Below, one piece after another: positions 26,861 through 37,573 of a stretch of 64,000 nucleotides of DNA. The position numbers and the translations under genes are program-made. The stretch is from the NCBI GenBank assembly GCA_030448025.1, contig JAUJNQ010000001.1, forward strand, positions 199,258 to 263,257, given 5' to 3'. This DNA is from Acidimicrobiales bacterium (GTDB lineage Bacteria > Actinomycetota > Acidimicrobiia > Acidimicrobiales > GCA-2861595). Each line of letters opens with the position of its first letter. Positions within the stretch are counted from its first letter, which is position 1. The notes beneath the pieces are model-generated. The model was given only the letters and a program-made list of their open reading frames with translations, ran no database searches and was not told the DNA's origin.

Positions 26861-26960
26861 CGAAAGATTCTACGAGCAGAGCCGGGCGGCGTGGCTGACG
26901 CCTTGGCTAGGTCGGCGCCAGATCGGGGAGTTGTGCGGAAGCTCTTGACAGCACCGTGAG

Positions 26961-26976
26961 CTTAGGATTACCTAAG
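26961..26976. promoter_or_regulatory. 16-bp perfect palindrome CTTAGG-ATTA-CCTAAG between the DtxR gene and bfd-bfr (candidate operator)
   Basis: Preceded by TTGACA (26945..26950). The palindrome overlaps a possible -10 (TACCTA). It has the same TTAGG-N4-CCTAA core as 37519..37534. Confidence 0.5.
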
Positions 26977-27284
26977 GACTTGTGGAAGGCTGTCCTTTGT
27001 CGCCTCGTTACCGATGATGGCGCGTGTGAGGAGCGGACGTCGGCGGTCTTTGGACGCAGACGCGCCCGATCTGGGGATGCGCCGGATTGGCTGGGTCAGG
27101 ATAGAGCTCTTGGCTCACGAGCACCGTTGCGCCGTGGTGGGCACCTCCCACCGCCTCCCTGCCGAGCGCTCGGTCCCTTTGGGCACGGCCCTGGCACTGT
27201 GGCGCAGCGGCGTTCCCGCCGTCATCCGTCGCCGGCGGGGCGGACACACCGTCGTGTCGTCCGAGCTGGCCGGGAGCGGCTGAG

Positions 27285-27485
27285 ATGTACGCGTGCTTGT
27301 GCAAAGGCGTCACCGACGCCCAGGTACGCGCCGCGGTCGGGGCTGGGGCACGAAACGTGGACGACCTGAGCTTGATCTGTGAGGCAGGCGCCGGGTGCGG
27401 CGGTTGCCACCGCCTGCTGGCCCGCCTGCTGTCGGGGCGGGGGCCGACGATGTGTCCCGAGAAGGACCGCACACCAGCGGCCTGA
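27285..27485 (+). CDS. bfd: bacterioferritin-associated ferredoxin, (2Fe-2S)-binding
   Basis: 66 aa, MYACLCKGVTDAQVR...ICEAGAGCGGCH, the four-Cys BFD pattern. Confidence 0.85.
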   Translation: MYACLCKGVTDAQVRAAVGAGARNVDDLSLICEAGAGCGGCHRLLARLLSGRGPTMCPEKDRTPAA

Positions 27486-27543
27486 GGGCAGGCGGTGGCC
27501 GGCGCTCGCCCTTAAGCTCTCGTGCTGAGCGAGGAGGACGAGG

Positions 27544-28014
27544 ATGAAGGGAAGCCCGGAGCTCATCGAGCTGCTGAACGACGCCCTGACGGCCGAGCTG
27601 ACGGCCATCAACCAGTACTTCGTGCAGGCCAAGATGTGCGACAACTGGGGCTACGCCCGCCTGGGCGAACGTCTCCGGGCGGAGTCCATCGACGAGATGC
27701 GCGACGCCGAGGCGCTCATCGAGCGGATCCTCTACCTCGAGGGCGTGCCCAACCTGCAGCGTCTCGGCTCGGTGATGGTGGGCCAGACCGTCGCCGAGCA
27801 ACACCGGGTGAACCTCGATCTGGAGCGGGCCGCCATTGAGCGGCTCAACCGGGGGATCCTCGCGTGCAGGTCGGCGGGCGACGAGGGCACCAGCCAGGTC
27901 CTGGAGCGCATCCTGGCCGGTGAGGAGGAGCACGCAGACTGGCTCGAGACCCAGCTGGAGCTCATCGGCCAGATCGGCGAGCCTCTCTACCTGGCTCAGC
28001 AGGTGGGGACCTAA
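27544..28014 (+). CDS. bfr: bacterioferritin
   Basis: 156 aa, MKGSPELIELLNDALTAELTAINQYFVQAKMCDNWGY...ESIDEMRDAE...EEEHADWLETQLELI. GAGGAGGA RBS. Confidence 0.92.
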   Translation: MKGSPELIELLNDALTAELTAINQYFVQAKMCDNWGYARLGERLRAESIDEMRDAEALIERILYLEGVPNLQRLGSVMVGQTVAEQHRVNLDLERAAIERLNRGILACRSAGDEGTSQVLERILAGEEEHADWLETQLELIGQIGEPLYLAQQVGT

Positions 28015-28043
28015 CGCACCGGCACCGGTACCGGCATTGTCAA

Positions 28044-29576
28044 GTGGCAACGGGCCGCCCATTGGTCCCGCGCACCGAGGACGGGGACTGGCCAGTGGCG
28101 GCGTCACCCACGAGCCTTACCGCCCCGCCGGCCACTACGGCCGTCCCGAAAGCCCGCCCCGCATGGGCTCAGGCGTCGATGTGGCTGGCCCCACCGCTCC
28201 TTCTGGCCGCGCTCGGCGGATGGGCTCTCAGCCGCCACCATGGGCTCTGGTTCGACGAGGTCTACACGGCTGAGGTTTCCACGTTGCCGCTCGGCGACCT
28301 CTTGTCGGCGATCGTCCGGGGCGAGGGGCCGATCCTCTACCTGCGAGACGCACCTCCCTCGTACAACGGGCCGTACTACGCGGTGGTGCACCTGTGGCTG
28401 GCGGCCACCGGGCTCCAAGCCGATGAGTGGGGGCTGCGCCTGCTGTCCCTGCTGGCCGCCGTGGCGGCGGTGCTGGCCTTCACCGCCGCTGTGCGCCGCC
28501 TGGCCGGTGCCGGGTTGGCCCTGGCCGCGGGGCTGGTCGTCGCCAGCAACCCATTCGTGGTGGAGTACTCGGCCGAGGGCAGGGGCTATGGGCTCGTCCT
28601 GCTCGGCGTCGCCCTGGCCGGACTAGGCCTGGCCCGCTGGCTCGACGGCCGTCCCCGAGCTCTGCTCCTCTACGGTGCCGCTGCCGCAGCCTCGGGGCTG
28701 GCCCACTGGTTCGCCCTCCTGGTCGTCGCTGCCTTCGTCGTCACCGCCCTGGTCCTCGACCGTCGCCGGGCAGCGCCGCTGGTGGCCGTCAGCGCGCTTT
28801 CCACCCTTCCGGCCCTGGCCCTCGTTGCTACCGCCGCTGCCAATGGGGTGGGGGCGTCGGGGGCGGAATGGCTCGGCGGCGTGGGCCCGGGCGTGCCGTG
28901 GCTGGTGCTGCGGTCGTGGGCGGGAGGCAACGCGCCACTCATCGTCCTCAGCCTGGTGCTGGGGGCGACGGGGATGGTCCGGGCCCGCCGGGACCATCGG
29001 GTGGTGCGGGTGGTGGCCACGGCCTGGTTCGGCGTTCCGGTAGCTGCCGTCGCCATCCTCGAGCTGGTGCGGCCCGTGTTCGTCGACCGCTACCTCTTGG
29101 CGGCCGTTCTCGGTCTGGCCCTCCTGATCGGGGTGGGGGCGGCCAGTCTGCCGCGCCGGGCCGCCGCGCTGGCCCTCGCCGTCTTCGTGGCCACGTCGAT
29201 ATGGGCCACGTTGGTAGACGTGGGCAGGGGCCCGAAGCAGGACGTCAGGGGAGCGGTCTCCTATGTGGCCAGCCGCCATTGGGCCGGTGAACCGGTCGTG
29301 GCCGGCGCCCGGTGGGATGCCCTCGGCTTGGACCACTTCACCCGTCGCGACCACCCCGAACTGGTTCCTGAGCTTGTGTTGGCGTCGCCGTCGGTCCCTG
29401 AAGCGTCGAGCCTGTGGGTGATCCGACGGTCACATGGCGGCATCAAGGGGGACGGCACCAGACTGGCCGCCCTGGACTCGGAGCTCGCGGCCCAAGGAAT
29501 GCGCGTGGGTGAGGAGCGCCGTTTCGACGGCCGCTACACCGACACGCTGGTCCAGCGTTGGGCTCGTGACTGGTGA
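28044..29576 (+). CDS. GT-C fold glycosyltransferase (ArnT/PMT_2/GT39-like)
   Basis: Up to 510 aa, 10 or more TM. N-terminal HHGLWFDEVYTAE loop motif and a C-terminal soluble domain. GTG at 28044, with an alternative ATG at 28179. Confidence 0.6.
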   Translation: MATGRPLVPRTEDGDWPVAASPTSLTAPPATTAVPKARPAWAQASMWLAPPLLLAALGGWALSRHHGLWFDEVYTAEVSTLPLGDLLSAIVRGEGPILYLRDAPPSYNGPYYAVVHLWLAATGLQADEWGLRLLSLLAAVAAVLAFTAAVRRLAGAGLALAAGLVVASNPFVVEYSAEGRGYGLVLLGVALAGLGLARWLDGRPRALLLYGAAAAASGLAHWFALLVVAAFVVTALVLDRRRAAPLVAVSALSTLPALALVATAAANGVGASGAEWLGGVGPGVPWLVLRSWAGGNAPLIVLSLVLGATGMVRARRDHRVVRVVATAWFGVPVAAVAILELVRPVFVDRYLLAAVLGLALLIGVGAASLPRRAAALALAVFVATSIWATLVDVGRGPKQDVRGAVSYVASRHWAGEPVVAGARWDALGLDHFTRRDHPELVPELVLASPSVPEASSLWVIRRSHGGIKGDGTRLAALDSELAAQGMRVGEERRFDGRYTDTLVQRWARDW

Positions 29577-30250
29577 CTTTGCTGCGCCCGGGCCCTCAAT
29601 GCCCAGGCCAGGCTGCGCGCTGATTGCCACAGGCGGGCTCGGGTCGGCCACGCCGAGGCGCCAGTGGTGCGCCTGGCCCGCTCCACCGGGACGGAAGCGA
29701 CGGCCAGGTCGGCGACGCCGATGGCGACGACGATGCTCGGCGCCCGGAGGCGCAGGATGGCATCTCGGGCGACAGGGCTCAGGGCGACGAAGGCACCGGC
29801 GTCGGCCGGCAGACCGGTGAAGCGGGCCAGGAGCGCTCGGTGCAGCCGCCCGGTGATGAGGCGGCCGCGACCCTCATAGGTTCCGCGCCGGCCGGCGAAC
29901 ACGGCGTCCCGCTCGTCGGCCAAGAGGTGCTCGACCAGCACGGGGACGGCCTCGGGCGGGTCCTGCAGGTCGGCGTCCAGGCAGACCCACGCTCGGGCGT
30001 CGGCCTCGTCGCAGAGGCCTCGGGCCAGCGCCTGGTGCTGTCCCCCGTTCACCGCCAGTTCGGTCACGGCAATGCGGTCGTCGGCTGCGGCCAAGCGCCG
30101 GGCTACCACCGCGCTGTGGTCGGGCGAGCCGTCGACGACGAGGCGCAGCCGCCATGGCCGGCCGGCCAGCGCCGCCGCCAGCCGGTCGGCCAGCTCGGGA
30201 AGGGTGGCGGCGTTGCCGTAGACGGGCGTCACTACCGACACCGAGGTCAC
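29534..30250 (-). CDS. GT2-family polyprenyl-phosphate glycosyltransferase-like (PpgS/ArnC/DPM1-like)
   Basis: GTG at 30250 overlaps the epimerase stop (GTGA). VSVVTPVYGNAATLPEL...LVVDGSPD...CLDADLQDPPE (DxD-type). Confidence 0.7.
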   Translation of the reverse strand: MTSVSVVTPVYGNAATLPELADRLAAALAGRPWRLRLVVDGSPDHSAVVARRLAAADDRIAVTELAVNGGQHQALARGLCDEADARAWVCLDADLQDPPEAVPVLVEHLLADERDAVFAGRRGTYEGRGRLITGRLHRALLARFTGLPADAGAFVALSPVARDAILRLRAPSIVVAIGVADLAVASVPVERARRTTGASAWPTRARLWQSARSLAWALRARAQQSHQSRAQRWTSVSV

Positions 30251-31200
30251 GTCCCCTCGGCTTCCCAGCAACGGGCCAGCCCCTCGCTCAGCTCGACCTT
30301 CGCCTCCCAACCCAGCAGGTCGCGGGCCCGGGAGGGGTCACAGACCCATGAGCTGGTGTCCCAGTCGCGCCCGGCGTGGGTCCCCATGGCGACCGTGATG
30401 GCCCGGCCCGTGACCCGCTCGGCCTCGGCCACCAACTCTTCGTTGGCCACCTGGCGCCCAGTGCCAACGTTCAGGACCTGGCCTGGCGGGAGGTTCTCGG
30501 AGGTGGCCGCCCGCACGCATGCCTCCACCACGTCGTCCACGAAGATCCAGTCCCGGCAGCGCCCGGGTTCGGTCAGCCGGAGAGCTTCGCCCGTGCGAGC
30601 GGCACGCAGGGCGGTGGGCACGAGCCGGCCGGGGTGGTCGAGTGGCCCGTACACCTGGAATGCCCGCACGACGGCTGCTCGCAGCCCCCGCTGGGCCGCG
30701 GCCGCCGTCGCCAGGAGGGAGCCGACCGCCTTGGTGGCGCCGAAGAAGCCGCGTGGTCGAAGCGGCGTGTCCTCGCTCATGGGCCCGTTCATGGCTGGGT
30801 ACTCAGTTGACGAGCCGAGGCGCACCACAGCCCGGCAGCGAGCGGGAAGGGCGTCGACGATCCACAGGGCACTCGAACCGTTGACGGCGGCGGTCGCCGC
30901 TCGCTCGGACGGCGTGGCCTGCGCTCGGGCCGCGGCCAGGAGAAGGGCCACATCGGGGTCAGCCGCAGTGACAACGGCAGCCACCGCTTCCCGTTCGGCC
31001 AGATCAGCCGCCACCAGCTCCACATCGCCGGCACAGCCCAGGGAGGCCAGCCTGGCTGCACCGGGCGGCGGCGTCGCCGGGCTCCGCGACCCGCCACTGC
31101 GGGGCCGCACCGTAGCGACCACGTCCCACCCGTCGGCGACCAGCCGGGCGACCAGGTGCGCGCCGACGAACCCGCCGGCACCCGTCACCAACGCCCTCAC
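30247..31200 (-). CDS. NAD-dependent nucleotide-sugar epimerase/dehydratase (SDR family)
   Basis: 317 aa, MRALVTGAGGFVGAHLVARLVADGWDV (GxxGxxG), extended SDR length. Confidence 0.8.
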   Translation of the reverse strand: MRALVTGAGGFVGAHLVARLVADGWDVVATVRPRSGGSRSPATPPPGAARLASLGCAGDVELVAADLAEREAVAAVVTAADPDVALLLAAARAQATPSERAATAAVNGSSALWIVDALPARCRAVVRLGSSTEYPAMNGPMSEDTPLRPRGFFGATKAVGSLLATAAAAQRGLRAAVVRAFQVYGPLDHPGRLVPTALRAARTGEALRLTEPGRCRDWIFVDDVVEACVRAATSENLPPGQVLNVGTGRQVANEELVAEAERVTGRAITVAMGTHAGRDWDTSSWVCDPSRARDLLGWEAKVELSEGLARCWEAEGT

Positions 31201-32054
31201 ACCGCCTCATCCTCGCTGAGCGAGCCGATCACGGCTACAAGCTCGGCACGGTCGGCGGCGACCTCCTCGTCGCTCCGACGGCGAGCGGCGCCGAGCGCGT
31301 CCAGGATACGGGGAACCTCCTCGGCGACCTCACGGCCGGCGATGTCGGCATGGAAGGAACGGCGCAGAAAGGTGAAGGAGGCGCTCAGGCTGGCCAGTAC
31401 GCCCATCAGCAGCCGGCAGGGGACGGGACGGCCGGCCTCGGGCAGCGTCAGCCCCGCCACGCCAAAGGGGATCCCCGCCGCTGCTGCTGTCGCGCTCACA
31501 CGCTCGACGGTGCCATCGACGAGAGGAGCGAACAGGCTGCGCGCTCCTCGGTCGATCATGAGGTCGTTCAGGCCCACGTACACCCGGGAGAGCGGTCGGC
31601 CCAGCAGCTCCTCAGCCTGCCTGACGGCGTCGGTGGTCTCCACGAGGATGCCAAGCCCGCAGCGTCCGGCGACGGCGTCGCGGGCGGCGTCGACTTCTCC
31701 CGGCCGGCGCACCATGGGGAGCAGTACCTCGTCCGCTCCGAGCGACACCGCCAGGTCGATCTCCGCTGCCGACCACGGTCCCCACCCGTTGACTCGGCAC
31801 AGGAGCCGACCCCCAGTGGCCGCTCGCACCTTTGCCAGATCTTCTGGAGTGTCGGCGTTGACCTGGGTCTTCGCTCCGGCTTGGCGGGCCCGCTTGCCGC
31901 GGTTCTCCCAGTCGACGACGACTCCGCTGGCCCCGGCGTCGACGACCCGCCGTGCGAAATCAGGCACAGTAGAAAAGGCGAAGAGCTGGATGTAGGCGAC
32001 CCTAACAAACTTCTTTAGACTCGGCTGAGTACGATCAGTGCCCGTGCGCCGCAC
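31197..32054 (-). CDS. HpcH/HpaI aldolase / citrate-lyase-beta-like TIM-barrel protein
   Basis: AYIQLFAFSTVPDFARRVVDAGASGVVVDWE...LGADEVLLPMV...ILVETTDAV...VYVGLNDL resembles the CitE/HpcH layout. The start is uncertain (GTG 32054 or GTG 31967). The listed 370-aa ORF over-extends. Confidence 0.5.
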   Translation of the reverse strand: MRRTGTDRTQPSLKKFVRVAYIQLFAFSTVPDFARRVVDAGASGVVVDWENRGKRARQAGAKTQVNADTPEDLAKVRAATGGRLLCRVNGWGPWSAAEIDLAVSLGADEVLLPMVRRPGEVDAARDAVAGRCGLGILVETTDAVRQAEELLGRPLSRVYVGLNDLMIDRGARSLFAPLVDGTVERVSATAAAAGIPFGVAGLTLPEAGRPVPCRLLMGVLASLSASFTFLRRSFHADIAGREVAEEVPRILDALGAARRRSDEEVAADRAELVAVIGSLSEDEAV

Positions 32055-33254
32055 AGTGGGCAACGCAGGGTGGGTCGCCGCCGGCGCGCTGACGTCAGGT
32101 GCTGCGTCGGCAATCGCTCTGGCCGTGGCTACCCGCTCTCTCGGCGCCCGAGAGGCCGCACCGCTGGCAGTGGCGTGGACGCTGGCCGTCATCGTCGGGC
32201 CCGGCCTCTGGTCGTCGGTCGAGCTCGAAGTGTCACGGCAGACGGCGGCCTCGCCCTCGGCGGCCGCTCCCGTCTTGCTCCCTGGCCTCGTGGTCCGACG
32301 GGCGGCCATAGCGGCCAGCGTGGTCGCCGCCGCTGGCCTCGCCCTTCGGGCCCGATTGTTCGACGGCAGCGTCGTCGTCCCGCTCGTGCTCAGCGCGCTG
32401 GCCGGCGCCTACGGGCCGCTGCACGTTGCCTGGGGACGCCTCGCCGGAGAGCGCCGAGGGCGGGCCCTTGCCGCGTCGGTCGCTTCAGAGGGGCTGCTCC
32501 GCCTGGCACTGGTCGGTGGCACTGCCCTGGTCGTCAGAGAGGCTGCCGGCACTGCCGCCGCTCTGGCCGTTGCCGTAGCCCTCGCCGCCGCAGGAACCAG
32601 AGCGCTGGTGGGCCCCATGCCCCCGTTCGCTCCGGCTACTCCGCAACTGGCGGCGTTGACCTGCGCCGGCCTCCTGTCTCAGGCCGCCCTCCTCGGAGCG
32701 CCCGCCATGTTCGCCCTACTCGCGGGACCCTCAGATCCCCGCACCTCCAAGCTGGCCTTGGCGGTCGTGCTGGCCCGCGCCCCCGCCCTGGCCTGGAAGG
32801 CTGTGGTGGCAACCGTGGTCCCGGCAGTGGCGACCGCTCTGGCGGCCGGCCGGCACGACGTCCCTCAGGCGACGGCTCGGGCCGTGCTGAGCGGCGCCAT
32901 TGTCGCCACCGGCTTCGGCGCGGTTCTGGCCGCCGCCATCGGCGACCCCGTCCTCCGCCTGCTGACCGGAGACGGCGACGGCGGCGGCCTCGGCGCTGGG
33001 CCGCTGGCGCTCCTGGCATCCGGCACGGTGGCGCACCTGGGTGCGGTCACGGCAAGCGCCGCCCTGGCCGGCTCCGAGCGGGGAAGGGCGGCAGCCTGGG
33101 CGTGGGCTGGCGGCATCGCCGTGGCGGCGGCGGTACTGGTCTTGCCCGGTGACCCCCTCCTGCGAGTTGCGGTGGCCCTCGCCGCCGGGACGACGACCGC
33201 CCTGGTGGCCTCCGCCGTCGCGCTGTACCGCTCGCCGCGCATACGGTCACTTCG

Positions 33255-33258
<4 letters not shown>
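32038..33258 (+). CDS. polytopic membrane protein, MOP/Wzx-flippase-like (low confidence)
   Basis: 406 aa, Ala/Leu-rich, about 12 TM. Its stop overlaps the ATG of the following ABC ATPase (ATGA). Confidence 0.4.
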
Positions 33259-34343
<1,085 letters not shown>

Positions 34344-34402
34344 CGATCGGCGCCTCGAGCTGTATCTTCGGTCGCCCGAACAGACTTTGGAAGGAAGACC
34401 GA

Positions 34403-35407
34403 ATGAGGCTGTCCCGGAGGAGTGCCGTCGCCTTGATCATGGCTGTCATGTCCATGACCGGAAGTGCCTGTTCCGACGACTCCGCTGACCTGACCGTCTA
34501 CTCGGGCCGGATCGCCGATCTGATGGGGCCGTTGTTCAACCAGTTCGAGCAGGAGACCGGCGTCAAGGTCAAGGTCCGCTACGGGGACTCGGCCGAGGTG
34601 GCGGGCGCCGCCCTCGAGGAGGGCGACAAGCCCCGGGCCGACGTCTTGCTGGTGCAGGACGCCGGCAACATCGGCCAGGTGTCAAAGAGCGGTCGACTCA
34701 CCACCCTCGATGCTGGCGTGGTCGACAAGGTGCCCACTCAGTTCCGCTCCGTCGACAATCACTGGGTGGGCCTGTCCGGACGAGCCCGGGTGGTCGCTTA
34801 CAACACCGACAAGGTGCGCGAGGACCAGCTTCCTCCCGAGATCACAGGGTTCAGCGATCCCCGCTGGAAGGGCAGGCTGGCCTGGGCGCCGACGAACGGT
34901 TCCTTCCAGGCGTTCATCACCGCCTTCCGGGTCATGGAGGGTGACGCCGCCGCCGAAGCGTGGCTACGGGGGGTCAAGGCCAACGAGGCGAAGGTCTTCC
35001 CCAACAACGTCGCCATCCTGGACGCCGTGGGCAGGGGGGAGGTCGACACCGGGTTCGTCAACCACTACTACCTGTATCGGGCCCGAGCCGAGGGACAGGC
35101 TGGCAAGGCGGAGAACAAGTACTACGGCGCCGGCGATCCGGGAGGGCTGGTGAACGTGTCCGCCGCCGGCATCCTGCGGGGTGCCAAGCACCCGGTCGCT
35201 GCCCGCCGTCTGGTCGAGTTCCTGCTCTCGGACAACGCGCAGCGCTACTTCGCGGACAAGACGTTCGAGCTGCCCGTCGTGCCCACCGTCCAGGCCGACC
35301 CCGCGCTTCCTCCCATCACGGCACTGGCCAGGCCTGAGGTGGACCTGGCTCGCCTCGAGGATGCCAAGGGCACCGTCGATCTTCTTACCCGCCTCGGCGT
35401 CCTCTAG
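34403..35407 (+). CDS. iron(III) ABC transporter substrate-binding lipoprotein (FbpA/AfuA-like)
   Basis: Lipobox MSMTGSAC|SDD. LTVYSGR...VRYGDSAE...VLLVQDAG...NHYYLYR is typical of family-1 Fe3+ binding proteins. Confidence 0.8.
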   Translation: MRLSRRSAVALIMAVMSMTGSACSDDSADLTVYSGRIADLMGPLFNQFEQETGVKVKVRYGDSAEVAGAALEEGDKPRADVLLVQDAGNIGQVSKSGRLTTLDAGVVDKVPTQFRSVDNHWVGLSGRARVVAYNTDKVREDQLPPEITGFSDPRWKGRLAWAPTNGSFQAFITAFRVMEGDAAAEAWLRGVKANEAKVFPNNVAILDAVGRGEVDTGFVNHYYLYRARAEGQAGKAENKYYGAGDPGGLVNVSAAGILRGAKHPVAARRLVEFLLSDNAQRYFADKTFELPVVPTVQADPALPPITALARPEVDLARLEDAKGTVDLLTRLGVL

Positions 35408-35430
35408 CACCGAGGGAGACCGCTCCGGCA

Positions 35431-37101
35431 TTGGCAATCCCACTTCGGCCTTCGCATGTCGAGGACGAGCTCGGGCTGGCTCCGGCAGGCGAGCCGGCCC
35501 CGCCGGACCCACGTGGTGCGACCCGCGCCAGGCCCGAGCGAGGCCGGCAACGAGGCGACCTGCTCACCGCCCTGGCCGCGGTGCTCGTGGCCGCCATCGC
35601 GGTCCTGCCCGCTGTGTACCTCGTCATCCGAGCCCGGGAGGCAGGTTTGGGGGCGACGGCCGACCTGGTGCTCACCACGCGAACCGCGCAGCTGCTGGGC
35701 CGCAGCCTGGGCCTGGCGGCGGCCGTCACGGTCACGGCGGTCCTCATCGGCGTTCCCGTCGGATGGCTGACAGCCCGCACCGACCTCCCGGGACGGCGGC
35801 TGTTCACCGTGCTCACCGCCCTTCCTCTGGCGGTCCCCTCCTACGTGGCGGCCCTCGCCGTGGTTGCCGCGTTTGGGCCTCGGGGGACGATCGCTCGTTG
35901 GCTCGGCCCCCTCGGAGTGGATCGCCTGCCCGAGCTCTACGGGTTCCCCGGCGCGTGGCTGGCCCTCTCGCTGTCGACGTTCCCGTATGTCACCCTCACG
36001 GTCCGAGGCGCCCTCCGCCGGCTCGATCCGGCCCTCGAGGAGGTCAGCCGCAGCCTCGGCGTCGGGTCGTGGGAGACGTTTCTCCGGGTGACCCTTCCAC
36101 AGATGGCGCCTGCGGCCGCCGCCGGAGCGCTGCTCGCCGCCCTCTACACCCTTGCCGACTTCGGAGCGGTGTCACTGCTCCGCTACGACACCTTCACCCG
36201 GGCCATCTATGTCCAGTACAAGGGCTCGCTCGACTATTCGGCGGCGGCGGTGCTCGCTCTGGTGCTGGCCGTCATGTCATTGGCAGTCGTTGCCGTCGAG
36301 TCCCGGATGCGTTCCCGCACACGGATCGTGTCCAGTCGCACCGCCCGCCAGCCACGCGTCGTTCCTCTTGGCCGCTGGCGTCTCGCCGCCGCCGGGGCCA
36401 TGGCCCTGATCGTGGTCCTGGGCCTGGCACTGCCCGTAGCCACTCTGGTCACCTGGCTCGTCGTGGGCGCCCAGGAGGGCGTCGACCTCGCCGGAACTCT
36501 GCGGGCGGCGGTTCACTCCGCCCAGGCATCGGGGCTGGGCGCGCTGGCGGCCGTCGGGGCGGCATGGCCCGTGGCCGTCCTGAGTGCCCGCCGGCGGGGA
36601 TCGGTGGCTCGCTGGACAGAGCGCGCCGCCTACGTCGGTTATGCCCTCCCCGGTCTGGTGGTCGCCCTGTCCCTCGTCTTCTTCGGCGCACGGGTGGCTA
36701 CGGCCCTGTACCAGACGGTCGCCATGCTCGTCCTGGCCTACCTCGTGCTCTTCCTCCCGCAGGGTCTGGGCGCCCTGCGATCGACGATCGCCCAAGTCAG
36801 CCCCCGCCTCGAGGAGGCAAGCCGGTCACTTGGTGCCAGCCGGCTCAAAACCACCCTGCGAGTCCTCCTCCCGCTGGTGCGACCAGGGGCCGCTGCCGCC
36901 TTCGCTCTGGTCTTCCTCACCGCCATGAAGGAGCTTCCTGCGGCGCTGCTCCTCGGGCCAACCGGTTGGGACACGCTGGCCACCCGAGTCTGGGCCTCCA
37001 CCAGCGAGGGGTTCCTGGCCCGGGCTGCCGCGCCGGCCCTCCTGCTCATCGCCGTCTCCTCGGTGCCCCTCGTTTTCCTCGCCCTCCGAGACAACCGGTG
37101 A
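35431..37101 (+). CDS. iron ABC transporter permease, duplicated two-domain type (FbpB-like)
   Basis: 556 aa, about 12 TM. Two EAA-like loops (EEVSRSLGVGSWETFLRVTLP and EEASRSLGASRLKTTLRVLLP). TTG start is uncertain. Confidence 0.8.
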   Translation: MAIPLRPSHVEDELGLAPAGEPAPPDPRGATRARPERGRQRGDLLTALAAVLVAAIAVLPAVYLVIRAREAGLGATADLVLTTRTAQLLGRSLGLAAAVTVTAVLIGVPVGWLTARTDLPGRRLFTVLTALPLAVPSYVAALAVVAAFGPRGTIARWLGPLGVDRLPELYGFPGAWLALSLSTFPYVTLTVRGALRRLDPALEEVSRSLGVGSWETFLRVTLPQMAPAAAAGALLAALYTLADFGAVSLLRYDTFTRAIYVQYKGSLDYSAAAVLALVLAVMSLAVVAVESRMRSRTRIVSSRTARQPRVVPLGRWRLAAAGAMALIVVLGLALPVATLVTWLVVGAQEGVDLAGTLRAAVHSAQASGLGALAAVGAAWPVAVLSARRRGSVARWTERAAYVGYALPGLVVALSLVFFGARVATALYQTVAMLVLAYLVLFLPQGLGALRSTIAQVSPRLEEASRSLGASRLKTTLRVLLPLVRPGAAAAFALVFLTAMKELPAALLLGPTGWDTLATRVWASTSEGFLARAAAPALLLIAVSSVPLVFLALRDNR

Positions 37102-37518
37102 GCTCGGGTGACTTCGGAGCAAGGTCGACTTGGCAGGCGGGTAGGGAGCGGGCTGGTCTGGGCGCACCGGGGGTGCGGCTTGGGACGAAGAATAGGGGGT
37201 CACCTCAACGCTGGCGCCCCATCTGTTCTGAGTCGCAGGTGCGCGAGGCGATGTTTCATGGCGGGAGGCAGTAAAGGGCTGCCGCGCGAAGACGTGAGTG
37301 CAGCGAGTGGGGTAAGGGTCGCCGGTGGTAAGGCGGTTGCCTCCGAGCTGTGGCTCTTGTTCTCATCCTCGTGTCGTCTCCCCTGTGTCGCTCCCTCGAC
37401 TGCTGGCCCTCAGCCGATCAGGCCCCGGCCCGGCTCCCTCGCCCAGAGCCGCGCCCTGTGGGGCGGCTTCTCGTTGAGCCGGTGGACTTCATGATGTAAG
37501 GCGTCCCTTGTAGTTTGA

Positions 37519-37534
37519 CTTAGGGACCCCTAAG
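37519..37534. promoter_or_regulatory. 16-bp perfect palindrome CTTAGGG-AC-CCCTAAG upstream of the FecB-like operon (candidate operator)
   Basis: Lies within TTGTAG-N17-TAAGAT (37508..37536), 40 nt upstream of the 37574 start. It has the same TTAGG-N4-CCTAA core as 26961..26976. Confidence 0.5.
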
Positions 37535-37573
37535 ATGCCCTCCGGCTGCTCGAGTTAGCGGAAGGGAGTCTCA

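Noticed and set aside
26861-27284. Canonical 19-bp IdeR/DtxR box (TTAGGTTAGGCTAACCTAA)
   Set aside because: No full-length match was seen here or upstream of the ABC operons. Only the shorter TTAGG-N4-CCTAA palindromes are present, and these are reported separately.
35181-37274. 697-aa ORF spanning the SBP 3' end and the whole permease gene
   Set aside because: Its composition (Arg/Pro/Gly runs) is non-protein-like. Frame 35431..37101 gives a clean two-domain ABC permease.
37448-37475. Intrinsic terminator annotated as a feature
   Set aside because: The stem GCCGCGCCC/GGGGCGGC has a bulge and the tail TTCTCGTT is only weakly U-rich. It also lies about 350 nt after the permease stop. It is mentioned in a finding but is too weak to call.
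37102-37573. Cobalamin riboswitch upstream of the BtuF/FecB-like ABC operon
   Set aside because: I could not find the B12-box (AGCCAGGAGACCTGCC-like), GGGAA/GGTGAAAATCC or CCCGCAACTGT core elements on the plus strand. Only a reverse-strand GCCACTG occurs by chance. An Infernal scan would be needed to settle it.
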